The translations under genes were made by a program, and so were the position numbers. From the human T2T-CHM13v2.0 reference genome, Homo sapiens: a stretch of 64,000 bases of DNA. The stretch is taken from assembly GCF_009914755.1 (NCBI RefSeq), contig NC_060926.1; one strand, 5' to 3'. Below, piece after piece: positions 30,600 through 45,727 of the stretch. The notes beneath the pieces are model-generated. The model made no database searches. It was not told where the DNA came from and was given only the letters and a program-made list of their open reading frames with translations. Every line of letters starts with the position of its first letter. Within the stretch, counting starts at the first letter, position 1.

Positions 30600-31860
30600 G
30601 TTGAGCCTGTGCATATTTTTCATCATTGCCACCAAAGCCATGCCACATCACTTATTCAGGAAGCGTGAGGGTGGCAGGGGAAAGAGGCTTCTGACAAGCA
30701 TGAGATGAGTCATCTTGACCACTTAATTATTGGATTTCACCAAGCCTAACCTAACTACTTTCACTACTAAGTGCCCAATATACCAACAGAAGAAGCCACC
30801 ACTGTTTCCCAGTATGACACTATTCCTTGAAGAGGGATAGTTGGCCTTACATGGGTAGTTTGATTATATTGAACCCCTTCTATCATTGAAGGTGGCAGCT
30901 AATATATATTCCAGGTGTCATGTCTTTTCTACTTATTGAACTTCTAGTATTGTAACCATTCATGAACTTTCAGAATGCCTTTTCTATCACCAGAGTATTC
31001 CATAGAAGTACTGGAGGACATATGTTATCATGAAATAAGCATAAAAAATAAGCGAATGCCTAGAAATTCACTAGTCTTGCCATTTTCCCCAACACTTGGA
31101 AATGGCTGGCTTGATAGAACAAATGAATGTCTATTGTTTAAGGCTCATTTACGGCCCATACCAGGATGCCCCACTCTGTGAGACTGGTTGTTATCTTACA
31201 GGATCTAATCATGCCTTAAATCATCAGCCAGTATATTAAACAGACTTTCACATAGGAAACACAAGTCCAAGAACGAAGAGGGTGCTGGTAGAAGTGACCT
31301 TTCATTATTACTCCTACTGCTCCATTTGAAAGAATTTTGTCTTCCATTTCCAAGCCTTTCCATTTTATGGGTTTAGAGATCTTACTGCTCAGAAAAAGAG
31401 TGATTCCATTAGGAAGTACATTTCTTGTACTGGAGGCCTGGAACTTGAGATTCTCCCTGGCCATTTTTTATTTCTTGTGCTGCTAAACCAATGGGTAAGA
31501 AAGAGATCATTATTTTGGGCTAAGGTGACTGATCCCATTTCCAAAGAGGAAAATAGCCTGCTGAAATATAATGGGGAAAAAGGAGGGCTATGTCTGAAAT
31601 CCAGAGGATTCTCTACAGCAACTCCAAATACTCCCTCACTTAGTAGTCCTGGTCAATAAAAACCTACAACCAACCAATAAAGACATGAGTATCAAGAACT
31701 CAAATATTATAGGAATGAAAGTTTTCATCACCCCAATGAGTAAAGAACTTTGTTCACTCCATGTCCTGGGAGAGGGTAAGGGGATCACAGAATGGAAAGT
31801 GAAAGAAAGAGATGGTGATTTCTAACCTTGGTGACCAGCCATAGCACGAGAACTTTAGGA
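30600..31860 (+). mobile_element. Degenerate ERVL-class internal fragment (integrase / dUTPase-like region)
   Basis: taagtgcccaatataccaacag (CxxC-coding remnant), gtttgattatattgaacccctt, ggtgactgatccc...gaggaaatag; many stops. Confidence 0.7.
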
Positions 31861-32049
31861 GCTATGTTTTGTGACTTATGTCTTTATATGAAGAACACCA
31901 GTGGTAGATGACATCCTAGCTTAGGGTGAGACTATGGCCAATTTGAAATCAACCTGTGATGATATGGTAGCTTACTGAATATTTTCTGTTCTCTGTATTG
32001 AGAATATGATTGTTTTATTCAGATGAAGGGCAAGAATGGATGTTGAGGA

Positions 32050-32510
32050 ATCAACTGTTCACTGCATTCATCTACTCTTCACCCTTTCCATTCTGCTCTG
32101 TGCCCTGGCAGAGGCTGACCTGCATGGGCTACATTAGCAGACTCCTATTCTGACTTCAGGTTGACTTTGGCCAGTAGGTAGCTCTAGCAGTAGAACAAAG
32201 GAAAATAAAATCAGAGTATTTATTCTCCCATCTCCTTACCTACAAGTTTGCCTCAAGTTGGCTCTGAATCCTCATTTAAAGCCATGGCTACTGTCAGGCA
32301 ACCATCTCATCATAATTTTCTCCTTCTAGGTTCTGGTAGCTGCTCCTAGTTCGGTTCCAGGAATTCAAACTCCTTCCCACTCTTTTGTTAGCTTCAGAAT
32401 GCTTCATTATCCATTGAGGATTTCCCTACTCTTAAATAGTTCTTTTATTAAGCTCTCTTGTATTAAACTACTTGAGAGTGCCATTTGCTTCCCTCCAGAA
32501 CACTGACAGA
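32050..32510 (+). mobile_element. LTR33-like ERVL LTR
   Basis: ctgctctgtgccctggcagaggctgacctgcatggg; ttgagagtgccatttgcttcc near the end. Confidence 0.7.
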
Positions 32511-32529
32511 AAAAAGAGCTAAAACTTAT

Positions 32530-32660
32530 ATGGTTCCAAATATAAGCTAGGATCTGTTTAAGTGCTTTATAAATGTTAACCTTTATAATAACTCTACAGG
32601 ATACTATTATAACCCCCATTATATAGGTGAGAAAACTGAGGCACAGGGAGTTAAAAAACT
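32530..32660 (-). mobile_element. MIR
   Basis: ccccattatataggtgagaaaactgaggcacagggagtta. Confidence 0.8.
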
Positions 32661-33166
32661 AGTTTCTGATCTTTTTCGAATTTTTCTTTTCTCTCAGTTT
32701 CTTTTTTAATTTGATTTCTGTTATTCTTATAACAATCACAGTTCTGCTGATAAGTGATTTAGTAGACTTCAGTTTCTATAACTTAATCAAGATAGCAAGT
32801 CAACTGATACTTTCATTAGGATTTAATTTTGAGAGGTATTCCCATCATTATACTACTCTTCTGCTGGAGTGACACTAATCAGTCATAGCGTTGGAATCCT
32901 GTTTCTTCCTGGCAGAGTTTAGGTTTTAAAATGATAAACCTCTACATTTTATGACCCTCAATTCCCATGGTGGCAGCAAAACCATGGAAGTCCTGGTTAA
33001 GAGAGATTAATGGACTTCCTAAATGTCTGCATCTGGTTTTCCAGAATGACTTTTTTCTCTAGATCAATTTTAAGGTCACAGCATGAAAATCACACATGTA
33101 TACATGTAATCCATGAACCAAGAAAACAAGGGACAAGAGAGAAGATATGGGTCATCCCAAATCAAC

Positions 33167-34070
<904 letters not shown>

Positions 34071-34075
34071 ACTTT

Positions 34076-34500
34076 GTGAGGTGCTGGAAAATGTTTAGCC
34101 ACCATCCCCTTCCCCTCAACCCCCGAAAAAGCCCGGATTTGTAGCATTTGTCAATTTCTGTAAAGTGAATACTCTTACTATGGCCAATTTCAGGCAACCA
34201 ATGTGCTATCACTGAATGCGGAGTTCAGAAGATAGGTACATTAGTGTACCATTTTATAGTTTTCCCCACATTCGAATACAAAAGGAATAAATAATCTCAA
34301 GGGCATAGATCATAGTAAAATGCAGTAAAGTCACTGGAGGTAATGCATTTGAATATTTATTACCTTAGAGTTTAATACAATTATTTAACTCTAAGTTTAA
34401 ATCATTTAATATTTAGGAACAGCTGTGTTTAACAACTGGCTCACAAATAAATTTTCTAAAAATAGTAAGTGGCCATACAAGAGGGCTTTAGCATACCACA
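34076..34500 (-). mobile_element. MER63B-like hAT fossil
   Basis: gatttgtagcatttgtcaatttc, gctgtgtttaacaactggctc; antisense homologue of 18100-18285. Confidence 0.75.
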
Positions 34501-35584
34501 TAGGATTAAAACAAAACTAGTCAACATATGATGTAAAATTAATCACTATTAGCACACTAGGGCAGCCACAATAGGAAGAAATCATCGGCACCTCTTTTCT
34601 AACAAGTTCAGGTGACTGAAATCTTACAGTGCATGACAGCTCCTGATTCCTGCCCATGCCCAACCTGGAAAGATCTGGATCTTCAATCTAATCTCTGCCA
34701 TGGTACTGACAGTGCAGGTAAATATCGTATAGTCATTCAAAAGAGGGAAGACGGAGAGGGCCTGACTACAAAAAAAAAAACAAAAACAAAAAAACAAAAA
34801 CCGCCTACCTTTTTTCCTCCTACAATTGCACTTAGTCTCAATGTTGCTAAATTACATGGTCCATTATAACTAATTTCAGTTAATACACACAGCAGATACT
34901 TCAAGATAACCGTAAAGCCCTTCTTCCCTTCTCTGTTTCTAGACTTACTGAAAGCCTACTATGTGTCCAACACTGTGGCAGAGATGGAGTCTGACTGTGG
35001 TGTATCAATATAAAGTACTACCCTAACAGACCCCATGGTCACACATACATATATTTCTTATACAATACATCTACAAGTGATACTATTATTAACAGTATTA
35101 TGGATCCTATAATTCTCACCATCTGTAGGATGTGTATTTCTTATTGCACAGATGGTTTATCTTGAATTTTCCATAAATTTCCTTTTAAAGCAAGAAGAGT
35201 TGGTTTCCTATTTTGGGTGGTATGACCTGAATTTTTAAATCCCTTTTCCAGAAATTACCATACATTGGCAAAGACATCTGGTCACTTACCTGGTAAATAT
35301 AGGACTCCCCACGAAGTCTACCCTGACGCATGATTACATATGCCAGATATGCTGAAATAGGCCCTACAAAGCCACGAAACAGCTGCTGGGCTGCTCTAAT
35401 CCTCCCACTTCCTTTATGTTCTAACTTCCTCAACTTCTTCCTATTTATACAAAAGTTACTTTTTTCTCTGGCTTCACAAAAGCTTAAACGTGTGTATGCT
35501 TGCCTGCTTGCTTTATTTATTTATAAATAAGCATAGTGATTCTTTTTTTTTTGCTTTTTTACGTGATGTTCTCAAATGGTTTTA

Positions 35585-37305
35585 CAACTTCTAGTTTATT
35601 TTCTTATTTGTATAAATGTATGGAGTACACGTGTAATTTTGTTACATGTATATATTACATAATGGTGAAGAAAGGGCTTTTATTACTATATCCATCCCAA
35701 CCCCGAGCCTTTTGAGTCTCCATTGTCTGTCATTCTGCACTCTATGTACATGTGCACACATTGTCTAGCTCCCACATATAAGTGAGAACAAGCAATATTT
35801 GTCTTTCTGTGTCTGAGTTGTTTCACCTAAGATAATGGCCCCTAGTTTCATACACATTGCTGCAAAAGATATGATTTCATCCTTTTTTATGGCTGAATAG
35901 TATTCCACAGTGCATATATACCATAATTTCATTGTCCAGTCATCCATTGATGGGAACTGATATGGTTTGGATGTTTGTCCCCTCCAACTCTCATGTGGAA
36001 ATATAATCTCCACTGTTGGAGGTGTGGCCTGGTAGCAGGTGTTTGGATCATGGGAATGGAATCCTCATGAATGGCTAAGTGCCATTTCCTTGGGGATAAG
36101 TGAGTTCATGTGAGATCTGGTTGTTTAAAAGTGCATGGCATCTCCTCCCTCTCTCTGTCTTGCTCCCCCTCTCACTGTGTAATACACAGGCTTCCCCCTT
36201 CCCCTTCTGCCATGATTGCAAGTTTCTTGAGGCCTTCAACAGAAACTGAGCAAATGACTTGCTTTCTTTACAGCCATGTTTCCTATACAGCATATAGAAT
36301 CATGAGTCAATGAAACCTCTTTGCTTTATAAATTATCCAGCCCTATGCATTTATAGCAATGCAAAAACAGACTAATACAGACACTTAGGTTGATTCCATA
36401 TCTGTGCTATTGTGAACAGTGCTATAATAAACATATGAGTGCAGGTATCTTTTTACATAATTATTTTTTTCCTTTGGGTAGATACCCAGCAGTGGGATTG
36501 CTGAATCAAATGGCAGTTCTGTTTTTAGTTCTTTGAGAAATATCCATATTGTTTTCCACAGACGTTGTACTAATTTACATTCCCATCAACAGTGTATAAG
36601 CATTCCCTTATCTGCACATCATCACCAACATGTTATTTTTTCACTTTTTTCAGTAGCCATTTTGACTGGTGTAAGATGATGTTTCATTGTAGTTTTGATT
36701 TGCATTTCTTTGTTGATTGGTGATGATGAGCTTTTTTAAAAATATGCTTGTTGGCCCTTGGTATGTCTTCTTTTAAAAATGTTCATTTATGTCATTTGCT
36801 CACTTTTTAATGGAATTATTTGTTTTTGCTGTTGTTGCTGCTGAGTTGTGTTGTAGTTTCTTATAAATTCTGGATATTAGTCACCTGTCAGATGAATAGT
36901 TTGCAAATTTTTTTTTCCATTTTGCAAGCTGTCTGATCATTCTGTTGATCATTTCTTTTGCTGTGCAGAAGCTTTTTAGTTTAATATAGTCCCACTTGTT
37001 TATTTTTTGTTTTGTTGCCTACTTCTGATGTCTTGGTTATGAATTCTTTGCCTAGACCAATATCCAGAAGAGTTTTCTCTAGGGTTTCTTCCGGTATTTT
37101 TATTGTTTCCAGTCTTACATGTAAGTCTTTAATCCATCTTGAGTTGATTTTGTATATGGTGAGAATTGGGGTCCAATTCCATCCTTTTGCATATGGCAAT
37201 CCAGTTTTACTGGCAACATTTATTGGAAAGGGTGTCCTTTCCCCACAGTACGTTCTTGTCCACTTTGTCAAAGATCAGTTGGCTGTATGTGGTTTTATTT
37301 CTGGC
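35585..37305 (-). mobile_element. L1MA-like 3' fragment, antisense, interrupted by MST
   Basis: agctcccacatataagtgagaac, ttggctgtgcagaagc-like motif, ccatcttgagttgattttgtatatgg. Confidence 0.9.
35958..36379 (+). mobile_element. MSTB-like solo LTR
   Basis: tgatatggtttggatgtttgtcccctcc ... cagactaataca. Confidence 0.92.
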
Positions 37306-37640
37306 CAACCTGAAGTTTATTCCGATTTTGGTAGTCATTTTCCTGCCATGTATTCTCATTCCTGATTTCTGAATGGGACACTAGAGAAGCAGTTTATTCT
37401 CAGTTCTGGATTAAGTTGTTGAGCCCAACACACACTAATAATAATTTTAGCCTAAAAGAAAATCTATTAAAAGCAGGTTTTGATTTTCTGTGTGTTTGTT
37501 TTACCTTTAGATTCTTGGAAAAGAAAGGAATTGCAAAGCTATCTCAAAAATTTGTCCCTAAAGAGAAGCATTTCTAGATCTAGAATAGCTAAACAATTTG
37601 TTATCTCAAAATCTAGTTGAGAATTCCCAACTTTTGTAGG

Positions 37641-37903
37641 TGTCTTAGCCAGTTTATCCTGCTATAACAAAATACCATAAACTAGGTGGCTTATCAACAA
37701 TAGAAATTTATTTATCAGAGTTCTGGAGGCTGGGAAGTCCAAGATCAAGGCACCAGCAGATTCAATGTCTGGTGAGGGCCCGTCTGGCAGAGCCCTCATG
37801 GCATAATCACTTCCCAAAGGCCCTACTTCCCAATGCCATTGACTTGGGGGTTAGGATTTCAACATATAAATATAGGAGGAACACAAATATTCAGACCACA
37901 GCA
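37641..37903 (-). mobile_element. MLT1A-like LTR, internally deleted
   Basis: ggaggctgggaagtccaagatcaagg; perfect 5-bp TSD gtagg at 37636-37640 and 37904-37908. Confidence 0.88.
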
Positions 37904-40900
37904 GTAGGGAAATCAGGACAGCAAAATATCGGAACCTCTCAAGATCCAGATTCCAAACTCTCAATGTTCCAGTCTCCATGATGAGAGAGGTCTGGGGCCT
38001 AACGACTGTGCCAAAGCAAAACATCATATCTTTCTAAGTGGATACGATTTTTTTCCATGAAATCTTTTATTTTATGCCAATTTTCACAAAAGTTTGGAAA
38101 TAATGGAAAACAAATTTAGTTGGGTAAAACCAAAAGGCATATTCGTTATCAAGGAATAAATCCCATGGATATCAAACTGAACCTCCAAGGCCCATCATGT
38201 GATCACTATATCTCCACTTTTTCTGTCTTTTATATTTTCAGTTTATAGTAGCTATAAATATAGTAGTGCATGAAATTTACTGGAGTATAATAACGAGCTG
38301 GCATTTCTGACCAGAAGCTGAACCATGCAACCTCATCTCTTCTCCACTGTCATCAACTCAGATAACATTGTAAGCCTTGGTTATTAGTCCCCAAATGACT
38401 TTTAATTATAGTTCTAATTGGAGGTCTTATGGTTATTCTTCTAAATTGAAGTATGCTCAGTGAAGTCTTTGTAGAATGATTCAGGGTAAGGCATAATTGA
38501 CCAAGCAATTGAAGAATAGCATATCTATGCTTTTGGTATATCTCTGTTGGTAACAAAAATTGCTTAGCTTGTATTTCTTTTCCTAATCCTTTTTCTCAAA
38601 ATTAGGAAATAACAGAATTTGGTTTAGCAACTGTAGAACCTAAATTGTGTCAGAAAAACATCACCTGCAAAAAGGTGTTTTCTACAGAGAAAGTCAAATG
38701 TATACCCTGCATATGTACAAGATGCTGCTGTTCATTCCAAGCACTGTTTCGGATTCTATCGAGCAGCAAGAGTGAAGGGGATAACAAATTCTTGTGAAGA
38801 ATGTCAAAAGAATTGTTCGATGTCACTTATTTATTATTGCATATCATATTATGCTTACTTTCTTTTCTATTTTTATTTTCTCATTAATTCTTTTTAATTA
38901 AATAATTTAACGTCTTTTCAAGATTCATGGTAAACACTCATTTTATTCCCAAATGAAATTGTTCCTATGCAATTATTTTGTGTAATTCACATTTTGATTT
39001 TTTAAATAAAGTTTGTAATACAAAAACTGAGCATTAGGGTTTTGTGCTTCATTTCATATTTGAACTTCAGAAACACCACATTATTTATAAATAGTGATAT
39101 ATTTTCTTATCATCTTTTCTCCATAAGCGCTATGAAAAAAAGAGAAACAATAGGACATCTTTTTACCAAAAAAATTTCTACCATCTAACATGGGTCTGGC
39201 ACTCAAATATTTGCTCAATAACATTCAAATATATACATACAGATTTCATATTTTACAACTATGTAAACTTACATTTATTTTTTTATGGTTTCATACCAGT
39301 CAAGATAATCAATGCCATTTTTAAAATCTTTTTTCATTTATACATTATATTTGTTACGTCGAATATGTAGCAAATGTAGGAAGCCTAATGTAGGCAATAA
39401 AATGATTCTACCTAATATTGTGAAGGGGAAAAATGTAGTTTTCTTGATGGGGAGTTGCCAGTTAAAAAAAAAAAAAAATGAGCCTTCACCTTAAACAAGA
39501 AAATTGTATGCCTGTATCTTACCTTTTACCTTACTCTTTATAAAACATTCCGCTGATTTTCTCAACACTTACTCTGATAACAAGCAAGTCTCAATTCCCA
39601 CAATCTGTGAAATGGGGATAATAATTTGACCTATTCCCTGGCGTTGTTGTAAAGATAAAGTGAAACCAGGTACCCAGTGCTTCCTGCCTGTGTTGGACAC
39701 ACTGAGGGCTCCCCACAAAGCAATTATTTCACTTTTCTCTCTCTTACTGCCTGTTCTGCAAGCTCTCACTTTCCTGACACAGAGTAATCAACAATTGTGG
39801 CAGATAATCCTGTCCCAGGGGCTGATGAAAGGGCTTCCCTTGGATCTCTGGTTGGAGATAAGAACAGTAGATGGTCTCTTGTAAAACAGGAAGCTAATGA
39901 TCTCAAATCAAGAGAGAAAAGTTTCATTTTACTGGCAGCAATACCTGGGCTAGTTCATGTCCCTTGAAAGTGGGCAGTTTCTAATGGAATCTCCAAGTAG
40001 CTATTTTTTTTTTCACTGTTATAAAAGAATGTGAAGGCCTAATTAGCCCGAGGGATTCAGGAATATTGCAACGACATGGTTTGCTCTGCCCTCCTGTGCC
40101 TGCCATCTCTCAGACATCATTTGGGCAGCATCCGCCCATGGAGATTGCAATATCTAGCTTCCCACTCTGACGGCTTTGCTGACAGTTTACAAAGCCAAGC
40201 AGCCCAGAGGAGCAAAATGGAAAAAATTATTTCAAAAGTGCTTCTGTGATCAGTGGAGACTTCACAAGAGGAAGGGCATCTTGTCCTTTTCCGATCCCAC
40301 ATAAACATTCAGGCAGGTACATAGGAGAGAGACATGTAATTGCCCTGTGGCCTTGTCAGATCCCTGTTATCTCTTCTTCTGACCGCTTTGGTCTTTTAGC
40401 TTAAGAAAAAATGAGGCTTAACACTTTCCCTGTAAATAAGGAAAATGAACCAGTGTTCCTGAGGAACTGAGAAGAGGTGGGATTGAATTGTAGCCAAGGG
40501 ATTTTATGGAATAAACCAAGTGAGTGATGTCTAATAGCAATATTGTTAGATCCTGGGAGAGCTAGTCTTTCTACACACCCTGTAAGACTGTTCATCATGT
40601 TGCCCAAATTAATATATTTTTGATTAAATCAACACAAGCCTCTAAATAGTTGATTTCATGTTATTAATTTGAATTAAATAATCAACCATTTCTCATATAG
40701 TTATTTCTCTTCTCTAGATAAACACAATCTTAGAAACTTGGTTAGACATCAGAGGTCAGAAGATGGACCTTGGTCCTCTAGTCTTAGTTTTCATTTTCCT
40801 TGAACAGAGGAGGCAGTGGGGGACAGAGCAAAGTTTGGTATACAAGCTCATATACTTGGGCTTAAGAGACACATCCACTTAAAAACACGTAATTTTAGGT

Positions 40901-41149
40901 ATATTACCTAGGGTCACTGGATCGCTGGTTCTTCATTTGTAAAATGAGAATAATGACACTGACCTCAACACCAATAGCCAAGATTGTTGTGAAGGTAAAA
41001 GTAATATCTAAAAACTGGATTTGAAAGTAGAAAGCCATTGGCTATTGTTACTAGAAGTGAAAATTATTTTCTTTAAGTAAAATGTAACCTTTCAAATAAG
41101 TATTTATTGAGTAACTTTTAATAATAGACAATCTTTGAACTCAAAGAAA

Positions 41150-41320
41150 TATGAATATGAATCTTAATTCTGTCACTTACTGGCTGAATGATGCTGCGTA
41201 GGTAATCTAAACTCTCTAAGCCTCAGCTTCCCCATCTGTGAAGTGGAGCAATACTAGTAACCCCACTGGGCTATGGGCATTCAAGGACACTGCATGTATC
41301 AAGCATCTGGCCCAAGGTCG
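41150..41320 (+). mobile_element. MIR (similar fragments at ~39570-39720 and ~40810-41050)
   Basis: ctgtcacttactggctg...gcctcagcttcccatctgtgaagtgg. Confidence 0.75.
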
Positions 41321-41482
41321 GTTCCCTTTGCCTGTTACCTCAGTGACACTGGTGTTGGCACATAGGACAATGCTAATAATACAAAGAACAGTCATTTTGT
41401 AAACATGAGAGGAGCAGCAACAGTTCTTCCCATCCATCCCCTAAAATATTTTCTTTTTCCACTTGCCCCTGCCCCAAAATGA

Positions 41483-41861
<379 letters not shown>

Positions 41862-43478
41862 TAAATACTAATAAGATCTACTGACCAGGCTGAGAAGCTG
41901 AACTTCATCAGTATTTACAGGGCGTAAGTAGACACTTAGCCATTGTAAAGACGGGTTTGTCTATTCCAATAGATGTTTTTGACTCCATTGTAAGATACCA
42001 TGGGAATAAACTCAGTCTGTTTGTATTTGGGCATCCTTCCCCATTTTATTTCATATATTTTCAGACTTCAGAAACAAAAAGAAATTTTACCTAGCTTTGC
42101 TCTCTTACATGTTGATACAGAGACTGCCCCAGCACTGGTGCCCAAATTCAATTTCTGAGTTCATTCACATTTACTCCTAATAAATTTAGCAAATTAGATT
42201 ACTTGTGCTGTTTTTAAATGGCAAGCTAAAGCAATTTACTTAATTCTAAATTTGATTATTTTTCTTTTTATTTAGAAGCAAATTGTAGAAAACTTATCAT
42301 GTCATTGCTTTTGAGGGTAACCATTAATGAGATTAAATCAATGGACTTTTAGATACTTTTCTTATTAGTATGCAGCAAATTAGGTCTCATTGGCATGGGA
42401 AGACTTGGCCTCATCTAAGTGGACTATCATTATTAGCAACCATGTTCTTAAAACTTATTGCCAATCTTGAGTGCTCTCAGTATGTCTTGTTGGTGTTTAT
42501 GAAGCATTTTAAACTCTCTCTGTTTCTTTCTTTTTATTTTAATTCCCTACATATCTTCTGCTAGTCTACCTTATGCTCATAAAGCTTAGATCTTGGTGCA
42601 GTTGTGATTACCAAAGAGAGCAATTAGTTCTGGGAGAGGGGGCAGAAGGAAAAATGAATTTTTTTATCAGAATTCCAGTAACTTGCAAAGGTTCAAAGGA
42701 AAGCACTTAGAAACTCCCAGCCCATTGAGTTGGCTCAAGTGAGATGGGAAGACTGAAGCTGCAGTCCCTCAATGCTGATGGGAGTTTCTTTACTTCCTTT
42801 GGAGTGCTTGGGAGTTTTCCACACAGCATTTTTTAAGTTACAAGAAACTGCTAGGATAAGAATTAAAGGACAGTCCCTTCCTACAAGAGTTTTGATTGCT
42901 CTTCAGTCTTAACACATTTAAAGTGGTGTAGGGCTCAATTAACATTTTTGAAGGTGTGTAAGTATGGGATTCAATTGAATAACCAAAGACTGTGATCCAA
43001 ATGGCCTATTTTCCAGTGAATGCCAACTTGGATATACATTTCTTTTTCCCTATACTTCCATCTAGAGAAGAAGCTATTTTGTTTACTGTTCCCGGGTCTT
43101 TCCTATTTTTTTGAGTGGACAGTAAAATGTCACTCAGGATGTAATTTCTCCTTGCAAAAGGAGCCATGGCCAGGCATTGGTAGCTAGGGTAGAAAGACAG
43201 CAATGCCACCAGTAGTAGCAGAAGTAGTTGTGATGGTGACCAAACAGAGCCCTGACTATGTGCCAAGCACCCTGCTGAAGTTCAGCTGGTGACAGAGCTG
43301 TCTTTGAAACCTCTTACATCATTTATGTGGGCTCAGCTGGACTATATCTGCCACTCAAGGTTTGGAGGGAAGAAGAGGGGATTGGAAGAAGCCACCAGGA
43401 CAAATGGTGGCAACAGAGAGACAAGCTGAGTCCTGGGGTCACGGTGGAATCTGCATCCCTGGCAAGGGTGGGAAAAAA

Positions 43479-43667
43479 AGAGACCAAGAGCCTGTTGTAA
43501 CTGCTTTATCTACGTGGTGGCATTTCATCCTTATAACACCTTTAAGAGACAAACACTGCAGGTCACAAGCCAACAGAGACCAAGAGTCTGTTCCAACTTC
43601 TTTATCTACATGGTGGCATTTCATCCTTACAACACCTTTAAGAGGCAAATACTGCAGGTCACAAGCC
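43479..43667. repeat. 96-bp period tandem duplication (2 copies)
   Basis: agagaccaagag...ggtcacaagcc at 43479-43571 and 43575-43667 with a few substitutions. Confidence 0.95.
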
Positions 43668-43970
43668 CATTCCACAATGCTGAAATCCAAAAGTTTCTGA
43701 AACACAGGAGGGTTTTATTAGCAATCTTATCCGACAGCAAAATCTGGCCTGAATTAATATAAGGACTATTTATGTCCTCTATTTATCCCAGTTGGTGTGT
43801 ATATCTAAATGTTTCACTTCAGACACAATGATAGTAAAGGGTATTACACAAACTTTGGTGATGATTTTACATAAAATACGGTATATAAACCCCACAAAAT
43901 ATCTGAAGTCTTAAAATTCTGAAAACTGAAATATTCCTGCCCAAAGATTTCAGAGAAGGGATTGTGCACC
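43655..43970 (-). mobile_element. MamRep434-like Tigger fossil inserted in a MIR
   Basis: Termini caggtcacaagccc ... agggattgtgcacc; tttatcccagttggtgtg. Confidence 0.65.
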
Positions 43971-45727
43971 CAATTTACAGATGACAAGGCTGAGGCTTTG
44001 AGAAGTTTAGAAACCTGGAAAAGTCAAACAGCTTTTAAGTGTATAGCCATTTCCCCAGCACACTTTACCTAGATCCAGTGGTTATTGTGGAATTTAGGGG
44101 TAACTGATGGGCACTACCATTGTATGTAGACAAGATTAAGAAATTATTTTTGCTTCTCAACCTCAACCTTTAAACAGTATTCTGACAGTAACCAAACATT
44201 ATAAATGAAGAAAAACAAACATAAGTAACTCCAGTGGGATGATCGATTATAGCAAGAGACAGATTCTAGAGCCTGTTTGAACACTTTGAATGACGGTTAT
44301 GCTAGGTCTGGACAGTTTCAATCATGAAAGGAAATACACTTCCCTGTTACTTGTACCCATTTGTCCTGGTTTTGGCATCTGAAGTTCGGGAAGAAGGGAG
44401 GAGGAAACTATGAGTCATTGGGTTTCTTTAGGATTTTTTTTTTTTTTTTAATTTCAGGAAATAGAGATCCTGTTCAAAATAGCTTAGGAAGAAGGTGGAC
44501 ATGAGCAGGAGGCATTACAAATATAAAAGAGCATCCCCGATAACCTAGTTCTGGACTTTCCAAATCTGGAATGTCATCAGATATTTTTTCTCCATCACTT
44601 CTCTGGGCTTTCACAGTCTCTTATCTCCTCTTCTCCCTGAACATCTGCTTCTTTCTTGTTTTTTTGCAGACTGGATTCATCTGACAGGCTCCAGCAACAC
44701 TGACTTGCCTTTGGGCAAACTCTGATCTTGTAGCCAGCTCCACCTTCCCCAGCCATCTGATGACATTTTATTTTCTTTGTGTTTTTGAGAAAGGGAATCT
44801 GAGACATGTGACCCTTGGTATAATTAGTTGGAGCCAAGAGAACAGGGTCACCTAATGCAGACATCGCCTCCAAAGTGGCATCGTTTAGCAGGCGTGTGTC
44901 TCTCAGTCTGTGTGCCTCATGGGGAGCGGAGTTGGCGGAGGGAGGAACATTTATAAAGGAGGGGTTAGGCTGTCTTCCTAAAATTACATTTTCACTCTTT
45001 GTGCCAAAAATTTTTCTGAGGACTTTACTTTCTTTATCACATTCATTTTTTTTCCCAGAACACCACAGAATAAACTTGCTCCTTCTTTGCATCAAACAAA
45101 TCTTCCACTATCATATTCCCCCAGGTCCTGTTAGTTCTAAGAACTTCAACTACCTTTCACACAACAAGCTCACTACTAGTTACTCTCCAATTTGTCAGTA
45201 CTGCAGAAAGAACCAATACCAACTTTAAAAACCTAGTTTTCACCCTAAATGGAGCATCCGCAGTCATGACGAATTATATCTGACTGCTTTCTGATCATGA
45301 AAAGCTTCAGATTCTGCAAATGGTTCCTGAGTAGATATTGACTCCATCTGTGGACATTTATAGATGTTCTTTACAAATATTTGCATCTGTCTTTATTCTT
45401 TAAAATGATGAAGTTTTCTGATTCATTATGACAAAAATTTGAATGAACACTTTTATAATTTAAAAAACTCTTCAAAGTCTGTTTTATTCTCTCTTGCTTA
45501 GACCATACCTGTATTACCACCTAAAGATCTCAAGAGAATAGTTCATGACATGCAGTTTGGTTTAACTTGTTCAATGGGCCACAGGTAGATGCCTTGTATT
45601 TCTGAGGCTTTATGACTCCTGGGCCATGTGAGAAGCTTCTAGGAAATAGAAAAAAAAATGGTTGTTTTGTTGTTATCATACTCTGGCTCAGTCTAGAGGT
45701 GAATGAAGTCTTAAGAACAGAAAAAAA

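Noticed and set aside
43479-43667. Direct repeats considered as a CRISPR-like array
   Set aside because: Only two adjacent copies with no unique spacers, in a eukaryotic context.
44595-45095. 166-aa minus-strand ORF in unique sequence
   Set aside because: Non-ATG start, no recognisable domain and no supportable splice structure.
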